Below, piece by piece: positions 1 through 36,500 of a stretch of 64,000 nucleotides of DNA. This DNA is from Octopus vulgaris (Eukaryota), in assembly GCA_951406725.2 (NCBI GenBank), contig OX597824.1, positions 7,564,001-7,628,000 of the forward strand, written 5' to 3'. A model generated the notes under the pieces. It searched no databases, was not told where the DNA came from, and saw only the letters and a program-made list of their open reading frames with translations. The translations under genes were made by a program, and so were the position numbers. Within the stretch, counting starts at the first letter, position 1. Every line of letters begins with the position of its first letter.

Positions 1-5
1 ATTGA
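1..5 (+). CDS. Probable last bases and TGA stop of a third SLC22 paralog (gene C) lying upstream of the window
   Basis: ATTGATGAGTCAT at 1-13 is the reverse complement of the gene A stop region (8713-8725), and the following 2.4 kb mirrors gene A's downstream DNA. Confidence 0.6.
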
Positions 6-15
6 TGAGTCATAA

Positions 16-51
<36 letters not shown>

Positions 52-116
52 CCGTGTGTATATCGTTGGCGATTTTTTCCTCCTTCTTCCATTCCTTTGA
101 TCTTTCCTTTTTCTAT

Positions 117-151
117 GTTTCTGACGAAGAGCTCCGCTCGAAACGTTAAAT
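117..151 (+). ncRNA. Minimal type-I hammerhead ribozyme motif
   Basis: gttt-CTGACGA-a-gagc(tcc)gctc-GAAA-cg-TT-aaat. Confidence 0.6.
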
Positions 152-245
152 CCTCCTCCTTTTTTCCTTCCTGAGCGTCCAATAACACTATACTTGTTCC
201 AGCTCCTCACGTTGTTGTTTTCTCTCTGTGTTTTCATGTTTGGGT

Positions 246-305
<60 letters not shown>

Positions 306-375
306 CATACAAACATACATACATACATACATACATACATACAAACATACACACACACACATATCTATCAATTTT

Positions 376-428
<53 letters not shown>

Positions 429-543
429 ATATATATATATATAGAACATAATCAAAAAGGTTAATAACAAAGGTTATTATTACCAATGGCCCAGCACAAA
501 AGACGACTTAGTCATTAGACAAAATATTATTCATATAGAAATA

Positions 544-755
544 TAATAAAAGGCTCCCAAATAAGGAAGCTTAGTGCTAGTGACACAAAGAGGGATAAAT
601 TCATGGAGAGAGTGAAGATCAAAAAGGTAGAAAGAGGTAGAAACTGATCAGTCCGGGATATATCGTTAATGGTAAATGTTTTTGATTTTCACTCTCTCCA
701 TGAATTTATCCCTCTTTGTGTCTCTAGCACTAAGCTTCCTTATTTGGGAGCCTTT

Positions 756-760
<5 letters not shown>
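544..760. repeat. Fold-back insert (arms 544-625 / 679-760) with a 3' half-hammerhead in the loop
   Basis: Near-perfect 82-bp inverted arms; GAAA-CTGATCAG-TC at 640-653. Confidence 0.8.
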
Positions 761-837
<77 letters not shown>

Positions 838-869
838 ATATTATATGTATATATATATATATATATATA

Positions 870-2373
870 TGGAAAATAGAAGTTAAAAATACAGAGAATA
901 GTTGAAATATCTTTTATCATTATATTTCAAGGTTTAACCCTATTTTATAGGAAGCTCGTATGTTAGTGCGTTCATATGTGTTAGTATGTTGTCAAGTGAT
1001 ACTAACACACGACGTAGTGGAGAACCAACAAAAATTTCTAAGACCAGTCATGTGACTACCCTCTACCAATCAAGTCCTATTCAAAACATATACTAATCTG
1101 AGCCATGAACTCCCTCTAAAAATCAGGCAAGCTTCAAACACTAGTCAGAAGCAGGACGGCTGCAACATAAACCCTGTTTTTCTATTTCAAAAGTTTCTAT
1201 TACAAAATATATATATAAAATAAAAGAAGCAAAATGCCCACAGATTATATACTTTTTATATATATTTTTAATATATTTTATACTGGTTTCGCTTTTGCTC
1301 ATCGTGACATTGAAATTATTGTAATTTCGCATTTTCTTAAGAAGATTTTAATCCATGTTGTGTTTGAGTGTTTCTGAATAAAACGAATCAACAGGTAGAA
1401 AAATCTAACGAGAGGTAATTGTGCATGTTATTATTCAAGACAGTGAAGGTAATTGCTCGTTTTTGTTTTGAGGCGGGGGGTAAATAAATATACAAAAACT
1501 CAAAACCTAAAATAGTGAGATGAAATATTTACAGTGATGTGTATGTGAACATGGATTGAAATATATACTGAAAACAAAGTTGGCTAAGCGTTCCCATGCA
1601 GCGTAAATTGTATTTTTTTGGTAAATAAATTTTCTTTATTTAACGTTCTTGTACAGTTGTTTCTTTGCACTAGTAGATGGGAAAAAATGAAGTTTGGTTG
1701 GATATCACCTGCACATCTCTTTATGTGTTCACTCAAAGGAATCTGTCTCTACTGTAGTAAACGGATCTATTCCTTATGTAGTGTCGTTCTCCGTCAGTGT
1801 GCCATACTTGTCTGTCCTATATAGTTATATCCACAACCCGAACAAATTAAAACATAAATTAAATTCTCGGAAGCACATGTGAAGTTGGTTTTAATTGTGA
1901 GCCTCTCTCCTTGTTTGAATAGGAAATCCGAGCCTTCTTGTAGGTTAGGTTATGTTCCACAGTTTCGACGTCCACACTTTTTAACCATTTGCTTCGTGAT
2001 TGTTGTGAAAAGCTTCGCATTTGTCTTTTCAGCGGTTTGTGTTGCTTTTTTTGCAGTTGATGAATGTATATGTTTTCAGAATGTTGTTCAGTTTTGGAAC
2101 CCTAGTGAGCATAGGTGAATTTTGTACAATAGTGTTGTATGCCTCATTGTTTCTACGATTCTGCGTTGATATATACGACAGTGTTTTGAGATGTGGTGTG
2201 GTGTTAAGTTTTGTTTCCCTTAGTGTTTTAATGCCTAATTTCATAGAACGTTTAATTCCATCGCCTATAAGTGAGGGTGGATATTGTCTCTCAGTTAGTG
2301 TTCTTCTGCGGTCTCCACTGGTTAAAAAATGTGGATGTCCAAACTGTTGAACATGCCCCAAATTGTATGAAGG

Positions 2374-2377
<4 letters not shown>
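870..2377 (-). mobile_element. Penelope-like retroelement remnant (RT thumb, GIY-YIG endonuclease, 3' region)
   Basis: LTERQYPPSLI...; FTCASENLIYVLICSGCGYNYIGQT; mirror of 6402-7943. Confidence 0.8.
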
Positions 2378-2437
<60 letters not shown>

Positions 2438-3331
2438 GTCGGGCTTCCCCACAGCTTCCATGTGCGAAATTCACTCGCATTGCATTGGTCTGCTTGGAGC
2501 TATTGTTAGAATAACACTTGTCCAAGATGCTCGAGGTGAGACTGAACCCGGGAAAGCATTTGTCTGCAAAACAAATTTCTGAAATGTAATAAACTAACCA
2601 GCTAATGAAAACAATTGTAATCCAGAAACCTACTTTCTCTTTAGATTCTTTTTCATTGACTAAAATTATAGGATCAAGTTACCTCCATAAAAACAACTCA
2701 GTATTTGATTAAAATTTTATGCAGTTTTTTTTTCTATTGTGCTATTGTATCCGATAAGAACAGACAGTAAAATCTGAAAAGATTTCGTTCTCTGTATGCA
2801 ATGCTGTATAAAGTCGACGACCGGACGTTATATGTATATTATGTATATTCAGACATGTATATATATGTATATTCAGACATTAACACATTTACGATTGGTT
2901 CTAGCATTAGTTTCAAGGTTCATCCAAGGATGGGACCACGGGCCCTACGTTTCCTGCCCAATTCAGGATCACAGCACATAGTTACACTGCAACATAATTT
3001 CTTTTCCTCAACAGGCCCTGCCCTGTTTAAATTAGAACTACGTTAAGGATGTGCGTCTCTGTGGAGTGCTCAGCCACTTACTGGTTATTTTCACAAGCAG
3101 GCTGTTCCGTTGATCGGATCAACTGGAACCGTTGTCGTCATAACCAACCAAATGCCAGTAATACTGCGGATGCTTATAAATGTGATGTCTCTCTGTGATC
3201 TCTTTGATTCCCTGTCCTAAACGTTGACACAGTTTTCCTATTTAGGGCAAGCTTTTATTAAATGTGTGACCATACAATACGGTTTATATATTTTCTTGTT
3301 TTAGAACAATTTGTTTAAAATATGCTGATTT

Positions 3332-3384
<53 letters not shown>

Positions 3385-3387
<3 letters not shown>

Positions 3388-3592
3388 GGATCACGGGACC
3401 GACCAGACCATCAGATGTTGTTACACATCGCTGGTCACAATGCGTTCGCATTGTTTTTAGCCTTAGAATGACGCCACCCCGCTGGCTAAGCGAGCAGGCC
3501 AACAGAAGAAAGAGTGAGAGAAAGAGTGGTGAAAGTGTACAGCAGGAATCACCCCCCCCCTGCCGGAGCCTCGTGGAGCTTTTAGGTGTTTT
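3385..3592 (-). mobile_element. SINE family 2, partial
   Basis: Matches 21915-22100 and the reverse complement of about 54455-54650. Confidence 0.75.
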
Positions 3593-3899
3593 CGAAACTG
3601 GAGTAATGAGACCAACATTTTGATTCACCATCACGGTGCATTTCTAAATTTGATGACGTTCTCCTGTCTAATAATAATGATATCATCATAATTCTGTATT
3701 CAAATGCCACTGGGGCTAATTTTGCCTTTCATCATTTCGGGGTGGATAAAATAAGCACCCGATGAGCGTTGGGGTAGCTATAATAAGATTTATCCCGCTC
3801 CGAAATTGCTGGCCTTGTGCCAAACATTAAAGCCAACATTTCATATTGTCTTTATTTATTTATTATTTTTCACAGTTTCAGCTCAGAGCTGCGGCCATG

Positions 3900-4370
3900 C
3901 TGATGCACCGCCGTTTTGTGCTACACTGTTATTACAAAGAGCCTCCTCTAATATGCGGCATTTGGTGAAGAATGGAGTTTGATATAGCTACCCTCATTTG
4001 CACCTCTTGTGTGAGGTAGGTTCATCTGGGACTCTCGACAGGAAGATGTCCAGCATTGATTTAAAAACCCCTACATCTACTTTGTGCAAGTTCCTCAGAC
4101 TCTTTGGGAGAATATTAAAACGCTGTGGGCCCTTGAAACCCAGGCTGTTGCTGTAACTGGTCCTGAAGCGTGATGGCATTGCTGGGAATTTTGGCACTAT
4201 GCAATGTCGTCCCGTTCTGGCATTGGTGTAGCTTTCAATGCCAAAATTTAGCACAATTCCTTCCAGGATCTTCCAGATGTATATTACTGCATACCTCTCC
4301 CGTCTTCTTTCCAGGGAGTAGAGTCTTAGCTGTTTCAACCTTTCCCAGTAGCTGAGCTGTTGCAGTTTTC
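3900..4370 (-). mobile_element. CR1/L2-group LINE 3' remnant (RT C-terminus)
   Basis: SYWERLKQLRLYSLERRRERY...FNILPKSLR...LDIFLSRVPDEP. Confidence 0.8.
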
Positions 4371-4825
4371 TTCGATGTCCATTTCTCCTGTCTTCACTTA
4401 TTCGTCGTGTATCACTGAACAACGTTCCGAATTATTAAATTCGTCAGAGGAGCAATTGATAAAATAGCGCTGCCTTTATTCATGAACTTATTTTTGCGAA
4501 TGTCAAATAGCATTTCTTTCTGCAAGGTAAATAATTCTTCCGAGCCATTGTAACACACACTCGAGTTATTGCCCTTGGAACTGGAAATATTTTATTATTC
4601 TATTCTTCTCTTTCTTTCAGCCATTTGACTGTGGCCATGCTGGAGCACCGCTTGGACTGGTTTTAGACGAACAAATCTACCCAAATACTTATCGTTTGTA
4701 AGCCTAGTACTTATTATATCGGTTTATCTTTTGCCAATCAGCTAAGTTACAGGGACGTAAAAATACCAGCATCGGTGTGATGGACACACACACACACACA
4801 TACACATACACACTCACACAAACAT

Positions 4826-4865
<40 letters not shown>

Positions 4866-4942
4866 CGTTAGTGGATCATATATATCCGAAAAAGAAGCAG
4901 TCTAAAGAATAAAGCAGTAATGTATTTTACAAGCAATTATAT

Positions 4943-5421
4943 ACTAGGTCTGATCAATAAATATCCGGACTGGAGCTATAAAAACAAAACTTCAACACGT
5001 ACCAATTTGGCATTTAATCCCCTTCGGAAGCCACGCACTTAATCCAGCGCTGTTTCCATTGATATAAGCATTCCTGGAACTCGTCTTCTGGGATAATCAG
5101 CAGCTGCCTTGTCGCATCTGATATTTTTGGAAAGAGGAAAATGTCCCCAGGGAAGAGATCCGGGGAATACGGTGACAGTCGGACTTGGGGAGTTTTCTTT
5201 TCTCCTTTTTTTTCTTTTTACTTCTTTCAGTCATTTGACTGTGGCCATGCTGGAGCACCGCCTTTAGTCGAGAAAATCGACCCCGGGACTTATTCTTTGT
5301 AAGCCCAGTACTTATTCTATAGGGCTCTTTTGCCGAACCGCTAAGTGACGGGGAAGTAAACACACCAGCATCGGTTATCAAGCAATGCTAGGAGGACAAA
5401 CACAGACACACAAACACACAT

Positions 5422-5463
<42 letters not shown>

Positions 5464-5880
5464 GACAAGCTTCTTTCAGTTTCCGTCTACCAAATCCACT
5501 CACAAGGCATTGATTGCTCAGGCCGGGGCTATAGCAGAAGACACATGCCCAAGATGCCACGCAGTGGGACTGAACCCGGAACCATGTGGCTAGTTAGCAA
5601 GCTACTTACCACACAGCCACTCCTAACCAAAACTGCTGCACAAGCTGCACAAGCTGCACTGAATGAGCAGGTGCATTCTCATGGTGCAACTGCCACTCCC
5701 CGGACCCATTTAATTGTGGCTTTTTCCGAGGAATAGCATCGCGCAAACGCCACAAAACGTCACAGTAGTACTCCTTGTTTATTGTCTGACCAAGTGGAGC
5801 ATACTCATGATGAACAATCTTCTCGTAGTCGAAGAAAACGGTCAACAGTGTCTTCACATTGCTTTGACTCATCCGTGGTT
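4943..5880 (-). mobile_element. Degenerate mariner (Tc1/mariner) transposon interrupted by a SINE
   Basis: KTLLTVFFDYEKIVHHEY...LHHENAPAH (5625-5870) continues as PYSPDLFPGDIFLFPKI...WKQRWIKCVASEG (about 5020-5190); TIR-like end near 4943. Confidence 0.82.
5210..5623 (-). mobile_element. tRNA-derived SINE family 1
   Basis: Reverse complement of GGAGTGGCTGTGTGGTAAGTAGCTTG...GGTTCAGTCCC head and ...CAAATGACTGAAA tail. Confidence 0.85.
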
Positions 5881-5915
5881 TCTTCGATCTCGGAGAGGTT
5901 GAGGTATATATATAC

Positions 5916-5969
<54 letters not shown>

Positions 5970-6336
5970 AAATACATGAAAACTACAGAAGGCTTGTTTT
6001 AAAGGTAAAAAATATATATTGATCAATATATATATATACAATGATAGTATATATTTTCATTTCTTACTTCGTTATGTTTATGTTGATTTTAAGCGATTAT
6101 CTCCCTTATCATATTACCTCCCTTATCTAGAACTCTTTTCAACATAGACATAACGATGTAAGAAATTTGAAAAGCTAAACGCACATTTCTTCTAAACTAT
6201 GTCATTGTAACAAAAAATTTATAATATTCTTCAGACATATTGACTCAAATATATATTTTTAACCTTTTAAAACAAGCCTTCTGTAGTTTTTTCACTTTTA
6301 CTATCTTCTATATGTTCAACCACGTTCTTTCACGTT

Positions 6337-6401
<65 letters not shown>

Positions 6402-6406
<5 letters not shown>

Positions 6407-7943
6407 CCTTCATACAGGTTGGGGCATGTTCTACAGTTTGGACATCCACATTTTTTAACCAATGGAGACCGCAGAAGAACACTAACTGAGAGACAATATC
6501 CGCCCTCACTTATAGACGATGGAATTAAACGTTCTATGAAATTAGGCATTAAAACACTAAGGGAAACAAAACGTAACACCACACCACATCTCAAAACACT
6601 GCCGTATACATCAATGCAGAATTGTAGAAACAATGAGGCATACAACACTATTGTACAAAATTCACCTATGCTCACTAGGTTTCCAAAACTGAACAACATT
6701 CTGAAAACATATAAATTTATCAACTGCAAAAAAAGCAACACAAACCGCTGAAAAGACTTTTGACAAATGCGAAGCTTTTCACAACAATCACGAAGCAAAT
6801 GGTTAAAAAGTGTGGACGTCGAAACTGTGGAACATAACCTAACCAACAAGAAGGCTCGGATTTCCTATTCAAACAAGGAGAGAGGTTCACAATTAAAACC
6901 AACTTCACATGTGCCTCCGAGAATTTAATTTATGTTTTAATTTGTTCGGGTTGTGGATATAACTATATAGGACAGACAAGTATGGCACTCTGACGGAGAA
7001 CCACACTACACAAAGAATAGATTCGTTTACTACAGTACAGACAGATTCCCTTGAGCGAACGCATAGAGAGATGTGCAAGTGATATCTAACCAAACTTCAT
7101 TTTTTCCCATCTACCAGTGCAAAAAAACAACTTATCTACAAGAACGTTAAATAAAGAAAATTTATTTACCAAAAAAATACAATTTACGCTGCATGGGAAC
7201 GCATAACCAACTTTGCTTTCAGTATATGTTTCAATCCATGTTCACATACACATCATTGTAAATATTTCATCTCACTATTTTAGCTTTTGAGTTTTTGTAT
7301 ATTTATTTACCCTCTCCTAAAAAGAAAAACGAGCAATTACCTTCCCTGTCTTGAATAATAACACGCACAATTACCTCTCCCTAGATTTTTCTACCTGTTG
7401 ATTCATTTTATTCAGAAACACTCAAACACAACATGGATTAAAATCTTCTTAAGAAAATGCGAAATGACAATAATTTCAATGTCACGATGAGCAAAAGTGA
7501 AACCAGTAGACAAACAATACTCTTTCACTTATAAAATATATCAAAAATATATATAAAAAGTATATAATCTGTGGGCATTTTCCTTCTTTTATTATATATA
7601 TATATTTTGTAATAGAAACTTTTGAAATAGAAAGACAGGGTTTATGTGGCAGCCGTCATGCTTCTGACTAGTGGTTGAAGCTTGCCTTATTTTTAGAGGG
7701 AGTTCATGGCTCAGATTAGTATATGTTTTGAATAGGACTTGATTGGTAGAGGGTAGTCACATTACTGGTCTTAGAAATTTGTGTTGCTTCTCCACTACGT
7801 CCGTGTGTTAGTATCACTTGACAACATACTAACACATATGAACGCACTAACATACGAGCTTCCTATAAAATAGGGTTAAACCTTGAAATATAATGATAAA
7901 GGATATTTCAACTATTCTCTGCATTTTTAACTTCTATTTTCCA
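6402..7943 (+). mobile_element. Penelope-like retroelement remnant with GIY-YIG domain and hammerhead-bearing 3' region
   Basis: TNFTCASENLIYVLICSGCGYNYIGQTS at about 6898-6985; stops and frameshifts; hammerhead-like motif at 7480-7512. Confidence 0.82.
7480..7512 (+). ncRNA. Degenerate PLE hammerhead motif
   Basis: tgtc-ACGATGA-gc(aaaa)gt-GAAA-ccag-TA-gaca; stem I tgtc/gaca intact. Confidence 0.5.
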
Positions 7944-8002
7944 TATATATATATATATATACATATAAATATAGATATATAGATATATAGATAGATATAT
8001 AT

Positions 8003-8109
<107 letters not shown>

Positions 8110-8220
8110 AAAATTGATAGATATGTGTGTGTGTGTGTGTATGTTTGTATGTATGTATGTATGTATGTATGTATGTATGTATATATATATATATATATAT
8201 ATATGTATCTCGTATGTATA

Positions 8221-8406
8221 TGGCGATTTTTTCCTCTGTCTTCCTTCTCTGGATCTTTCCTTCTCCTATGTTTCCGATGAGAGCTCCGCTCGAAACGTTA
8301 AACCCTCCTTCTTTCCTTCTTTCCTGAGTGTCCAATAATATATATTTGTTCCACGTCCTCGCGTTGTTGTGTTCTTTGTGCTTTCTTGTTTGGATTAACT
8401 TTATAT

Positions 8407-8497
<91 letters not shown>

Positions 8498-8690
8498 GTT
8501 AACACAAACATGAAAACACAGAGAGAAAACAACAACGCGAGGAACTGGAACAAGTATAGAGTTATTGGACGCTCAGGAAGGAAAAAAAGAAGGAGGATTT
8601 AACGTTGCGAGCGGAGCTCTTCGTCAGAAACATAGAAAAAGGAAAGATCAAAGGAATGGAAGAAGGAGGAAAAAATCGCCAACGATACAC
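8221..8690. mobile_element. Two inverted copies of a short hammerhead-carrying element around (TA)n, just 3' of the gene A stop
   Basis: 8221-8402 (+) and 8496-8690 (-) belong to the same family as 60-250; cores at 8270-8303 and 8597-8631. Confidence 0.75.
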
Positions 8691-8720
8691 ACACACACAC
8701 ACATTTATATTAATGACTCA

Positions 8721-31565
<22,845 letters not shown>

Positions 31566-32249
31566 TTTGGCAAGTTTGAAAGAGGTGGGAAAGTGTAAGA
31601 GGAGGAAAAAGAAATAAAGAAAGAAGAGAGAACGTTATATAGTTTTTGAAAGATCTAAATTGTTTCCTTCCGAGCTGCAGCTTGTGAAAGTATGAGTGAT
31701 GCACAAATGACTTTAATTTGGTTATTCTCGACACTGAATGTTATCAACTGGATCTGCATGTATTGTGTCTTATCTCCGTGACAGCTGAAGATAACAGCCG
31801 TATGTTCAGAAATACTGTTACGATTGATATTCTTCTTCACGTCGTCTGGTAGTGTCTTCATTCGGCTTACAGTTAAAAAAACGTGAAATTAAAGCATTTT
31901 TAGTTTTTTATATATATTTTATAATTTGTTTTTAATTCCGTAGAATCAATACACACACCCAAACATACACGCACATACACACACATATAGAAGTATACAT
32001 ACATACATACATAAATAAATGCATACATTCACATATACATACATACGTACATACAAATGACACTCATGCATTTCTGTTGATATTCTGGTAATATGACCAA
32101 CATCAAGAGACAATTAGAAGTCACAGCATTCTTACGAGTTATAGGAATGGCGGTTGGGCAAGAGAAATGCTCATGCGTGATAGTCAACCGAGGAAAGATT
32201 GGCGACCAGGCAGGGAACATGTACATCAACGGTTCGTCTGTCTGTCTCC

Positions 32250-34060
32250 CCAATTTATAATGATCAAAGCTACAAGTACCTCGGAATCGGTGAGAATGTT
32301 GCATGCATTGGTGCTGTGACTAAAGCCAGAATAACTGAAGAGTAATTCTGTAGACTTCGGAAAATATGGAACTCAGAGCTGTCTGCATTTAAACAAGACT
32401 ATATATCACAATGCTTTTTGCAGCACCAGTGCCAGTACCAACATTTGGGACATTGGACTGGACACTCGACGAGTTATGCAGCCTGGACATCAACATCAGA
32501 AAGGTACTGACCACAACTGGCAACTTCCACATTAACAGCAACACCGATAGGATATATCATCATCATTGTTCGACCGTGGTCGAGACAATGGAATTTACTG
32601 TGTTACGCCAGACTTCACGGTCCATCATAGCATTACGGAGGTCCTGTTGCTGGATGCCTGTATCCCTGGAGATTACATCAGGGTAGGAGAGTGTGCGCCC
32701 TCTAGTGTCGCGAGCAGCTGGCTTCCAGAGGAGAAGAGTAGGATATATGTGAGATGAAGTGATGGCAGTAGAGGCACAGGGTCAGTCCAAACAGTCTTTT
32801 AATTGTATCATTTAGACAACACCTGCTAAACAGTAAAGAAAGAAATGTGTATATACCATGCTTACTCAAAAATGAGAGCAAGAACATCTTCAGAGTTGGA
32901 GAAGAACTACTGAGCAAGTGATCTGAGAATTCAACTGTTTCACGCGACCCAAAGGAGCCTGGACTGGTCTACCTAAACAGAAGGTAGGAGGAGAAGCAAG
33001 CATCATATCAACAAAAAGCGAGTACATATCCCGTAAGCTCTAGTGCAACAACAACATTGACCGGAAGAGTAGCTTGTCCTGGGCTGCAATAGATACATTA
33101 CATGCCACCTAGAAGCATACGCGTTTGCCATCGAGGAGTTGGAGACTAATACCTGATAAACAAGATCGACAAAGATATCACCAAACCTCCACGTTGTAAT
33201 TAAAAATGCCGTCTCTGCTATACCTAGATCACCTGGATTGGTCAGGCCGTCTGGTGCCATGTCGGATCTACTGGCCACGGCATTCACTCCATTTCCCTCG
33301 TGCTCTTGACATTCTCTTCCACGTTGTTCCAAACATTTATCTTAAATCCTTTTCCCACCTGATTGGAGGTCTTCCGAATGGTCTAAGGTCTTCCGAATGG
33401 GTACCACTCGACAACTGCATGGAGCCATCGTGTCTGTGAGCCTCGCGACATCACTGGCCCACCGTAGCTTTACCTGGTGGTATTCTTCGACGACGTCTTC
33501 CTATCCCTGATCTCCTCGTTCCAATTGTGATCTCTTAGCGCGATTCCCAACACCGACATTTCCATGGCTCTCTGTGCTGTAAGCAGAGGTTGTTATTCTC
33601 TCTTCGTCAAGGCCCAAGTCTCACATGCATATAGCATTGCAAGCAAGACTGCCGTTGAAGAGATTGGCGAGAGCTGCCTTGTCGAGGTTCACCTTCAGCA
33701 CATCCTTCACCGAGCTGAATGCTCTTCATCCGGCTCTTACCCTTCGCCAGATCTCATTCTTCATCTCCCGCCTTATAGTCGCTTCTTGACCGAGATACAC
33801 ATAGCTGTTTGCCTCTTCTACTTCCTCGCCTCCGACTCTTAGGTGACCGATCGCTACGCCCTCAGACCGTATATACTTGGATTTCGTACGCCTGATCTTC
33901 AGGCCGACAGCCGAACCCCTGAAATCCAGTTCGTCCAGCATAGTCTGCTATACCAATGTGGAAGATATCACCCACATAATCAGCAGCTGCCTTAAAATGT
34001 CTACAAGATACTACCTGCCCTTGAGGCATATTTCCAAAGACTATTTACAATGCTATCTAC
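32250..34060 (+). mobile_element. Degenerate REL-type non-LTR element split by an RTE insertion
   Basis: YKYLGIGE...IWNSELSA...LDINIRKVLTTTGNFHINSNTDRIY; KCRLCY|TNVEDITHIISSC...YLPLRH. Confidence 0.7.
33225..33943 (-). mobile_element. RTE-clade LINE fragment with 11-bp target-site duplication
   Basis: MLDELDFRGSAVGLKIRRTKSK...YVYLGQ; TCTGCTATACC at 33214-33224 and 33944-33954. Confidence 0.85.
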
Positions 34061-34297
34061 AGGAAGGCACAATAAAAATCTGTAAGACATTCTAAACATT
34101 TTCCTTATGAGATTCTCTAAATGAACATATGCATACTTTTGGTTGCGTTTATCAAGAAAGAAACAAATGTAAAAACTTATCGTGCACACAGACATGTTCA
34201 CGTAGAACAGAAGTTCAGGTAACCACACCTGGATGCATGCGTTAACTCAACCAATGATTTATGAGTGAGTTTTACGAAGTATGATATATATAATCTA

Positions 34298-34708
34298 ACT
34301 AACTATTTTGACCCGGGCTTCGCTCGGGTTTTGGTGGAGGTGGTGTTGTTTTGAGTGTGTTGTCTCCTTTTCCCTTTCTTCTTTTGTTCGTCTTCTTTGC
34401 CTGGTCCTTTTTATTGCCCTCTTCTTTTTCTTTTTCTTATTTTTAAAATTTTTTCTTCGTCTTTATCTGCTTTAAAACTCAATTTTTTCCCATATTCCTC
34501 ACCATGGCAACCAAACGGTAGCCCCGAGCGACTTGCAACCCTCCTCACACCATTGCCCACCCCATTTTACCCCCTCCCCCCAGTGTAAAATTGGCGCCAG
34601 TCCGACCCCATATACCGCCCCTTAAACCGTTCCCATCCCAAAATGAGACAAATAACCAAGAAATCAAACAACATTTTCGCATTTCAGCTTTATAGATATT
34701 GATTAAGA
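34298..34708 (-). mobile_element. Possible non-autonomous Helitron-like element
   Basis: Hairpin ACCCGGGC(ttc)GCTCGGGT near one end; TCTATAAAGCTGAA-type start on - strand resembles 10566. Confidence 0.45.
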
Positions 34709-35344
34709 TGACGAAGAATGAATTTAGTACATCTGTATTGTTAGTGACACAACTATTTCGGTAGTGTTTCTAATATAAGGTCAGCGATTCTAAGAGAATC
34801 GGGGAAAGTCGATAACATCGACCCCAGTATATGTCTGGTACTTTTATTTTATAGACCCTCCCCCCAACGGTTGGAAGTAAAATTGACCTCGGAGGGATCT
34901 GAACATTTTATCAAGTTCAAAAAACTTCACATATGGGGTTCGAGTGAAACATCGTCTTATCCCTTCTTCAAACCGTACAGGAAAAATACCGCTAAACACT
35001 TTGGTCGACGCACTACCGATTCTTCTAGCTCGGTGTCTTAAACCAGGGAATAATAATTTCAGGCAAAAGGCCTGAAATTTGGGTAAGGGGCTAATCTTGG
35101 TCATCGACACTGTTATTCAATAGGTACTAATTTGATCTAATTCGAAAGGATGAAAGGCAAAGTCGACGTCGGCGGAATTTTGACCCAAACGTAAAGACGG
35201 ATGAAATGCCGCTAAACATTTTGTCCGGCGCACTAACGAATCGGCCAACGCGCCATCATAAATCTGTGTATAATTTCTTCTCTCTGAAATTCGGACAACA
35301 ATTAGATGCAGAGTTTAATTTTTAAAAAAAGGATGAAGATTGAT

Positions 35345-35485
35345 GGGTTTGGCCACCTTTGCCCCTACATTGGTAGGCTGGGCTACCTTTGCCCCTACAT
35401 TTGTAGGTTGGACCACCTCTGATCCTACATTAGTAGGTTGGACCGCATCTGACCCTACATTGGTAGGTTGGACAACCTCTGATTC
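35345..35485. repeat. 30-bp tandem repeat, about 4.5 copies
   Basis: GGTTGGACCACCTCTGATCCTACATTGGTA-like units. Confidence 0.85.
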
Positions 35486-36194
35486 TAAATCTGAAGAGGA
35501 TCCTAGCTGACCCTGGGATAAACAGGAGCAGCAGATTTTAGTTATCATGTTTCGTCCCTTCCCAGATTTCCAGCTTTATTCTGCATCATGCACAGATGCA
35601 TTTAATTAAAATAATTACATGGCTTTTATTAAGAAGCATGAAGAGGCAACAATGCATCAGATACAATAACCGTTTATTCATTGTTGGTAACCTAATAGGA
35701 TGCTAATGATAATTAAAAAAAAGAAAAAAACCCACAAAAACCGAAATTAGGTTCTCTTGCCCTCTACTAAAATCTTATTAAACAGTTGCTGAAATACCGG
35801 ACGTTACCCGAGTCAATGACTCAGAAAATTAACAATAACATCGCAAATCTCTTTATCTTATATATATAGCACATTCGGAAAAACCACTAAGTGAAATTTC
35901 GAACTAAAAGCACTTTGTAGACTTTTCTATTTTTCTTCTTTTAAGAATATATTTTACTTTGATGTCCAAACTCCAAACATATGCAAATTCAATTCGGTAA
36001 AAATCTGTACAGAAATTCGAATTTTGTGAATCTCTTTTCAGTTTCTGCTTAAACGTAATCCCTACCCTATCTCAAACTTGTAATCCTAAGTGCTAACACG
36101 AAACCCTAACGTTAAATGCTAACCCTCAGTAGAGCGAGAGAGGGATATGAATGATGGATGGAGAGAGAGGGGGAGGAGAGAGAAAGATAGTGAA

Positions 36195-36500
36195 GTCAGA
36201 AAACAGCACAGCTCCCATGACCATCGGAAACATTTTTTCACGCTAAGAGTTGCTGAGGTATGGAACAAACTGCCGGCATCAGTTGTTAGTTGTCGGAGCA
36301 CTGCATCCTTCAAAACTTCCATGCTTCCTGAGATTCGCCAACACTACACCTGATTTTCTCCCCTCCATATACACGCAAGCATGTACCTGACTCATACACT
36401 GTTCGCTTCCCAGACATTTGTACATTGCTGTATATGCTTTATACGCATTTTTGACAAGTTGTGGTGCACCTGAGCACTGTATACAATAATTTCATTATAT
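36195..36500 (+). mobile_element. CR1-like LINE extreme 3' end
   Basis: RKHFFTLRVAEVWNKLPASVV...SFK. Confidence 0.75.

Noticed and set aside
4400-4450. CTGACGA on the - strand
   Set aside because: Followed by GGAA rather than GAAA, with no UH site or stem I partner
35315-35548. ORF with QPTNVG repeats
   Set aside because: Product of a 30-bp tandem repeat; no splice or homology support
36055-36126. Telomeric repeat
   Set aside because: Only scattered, degenerate CCCTAA-like words
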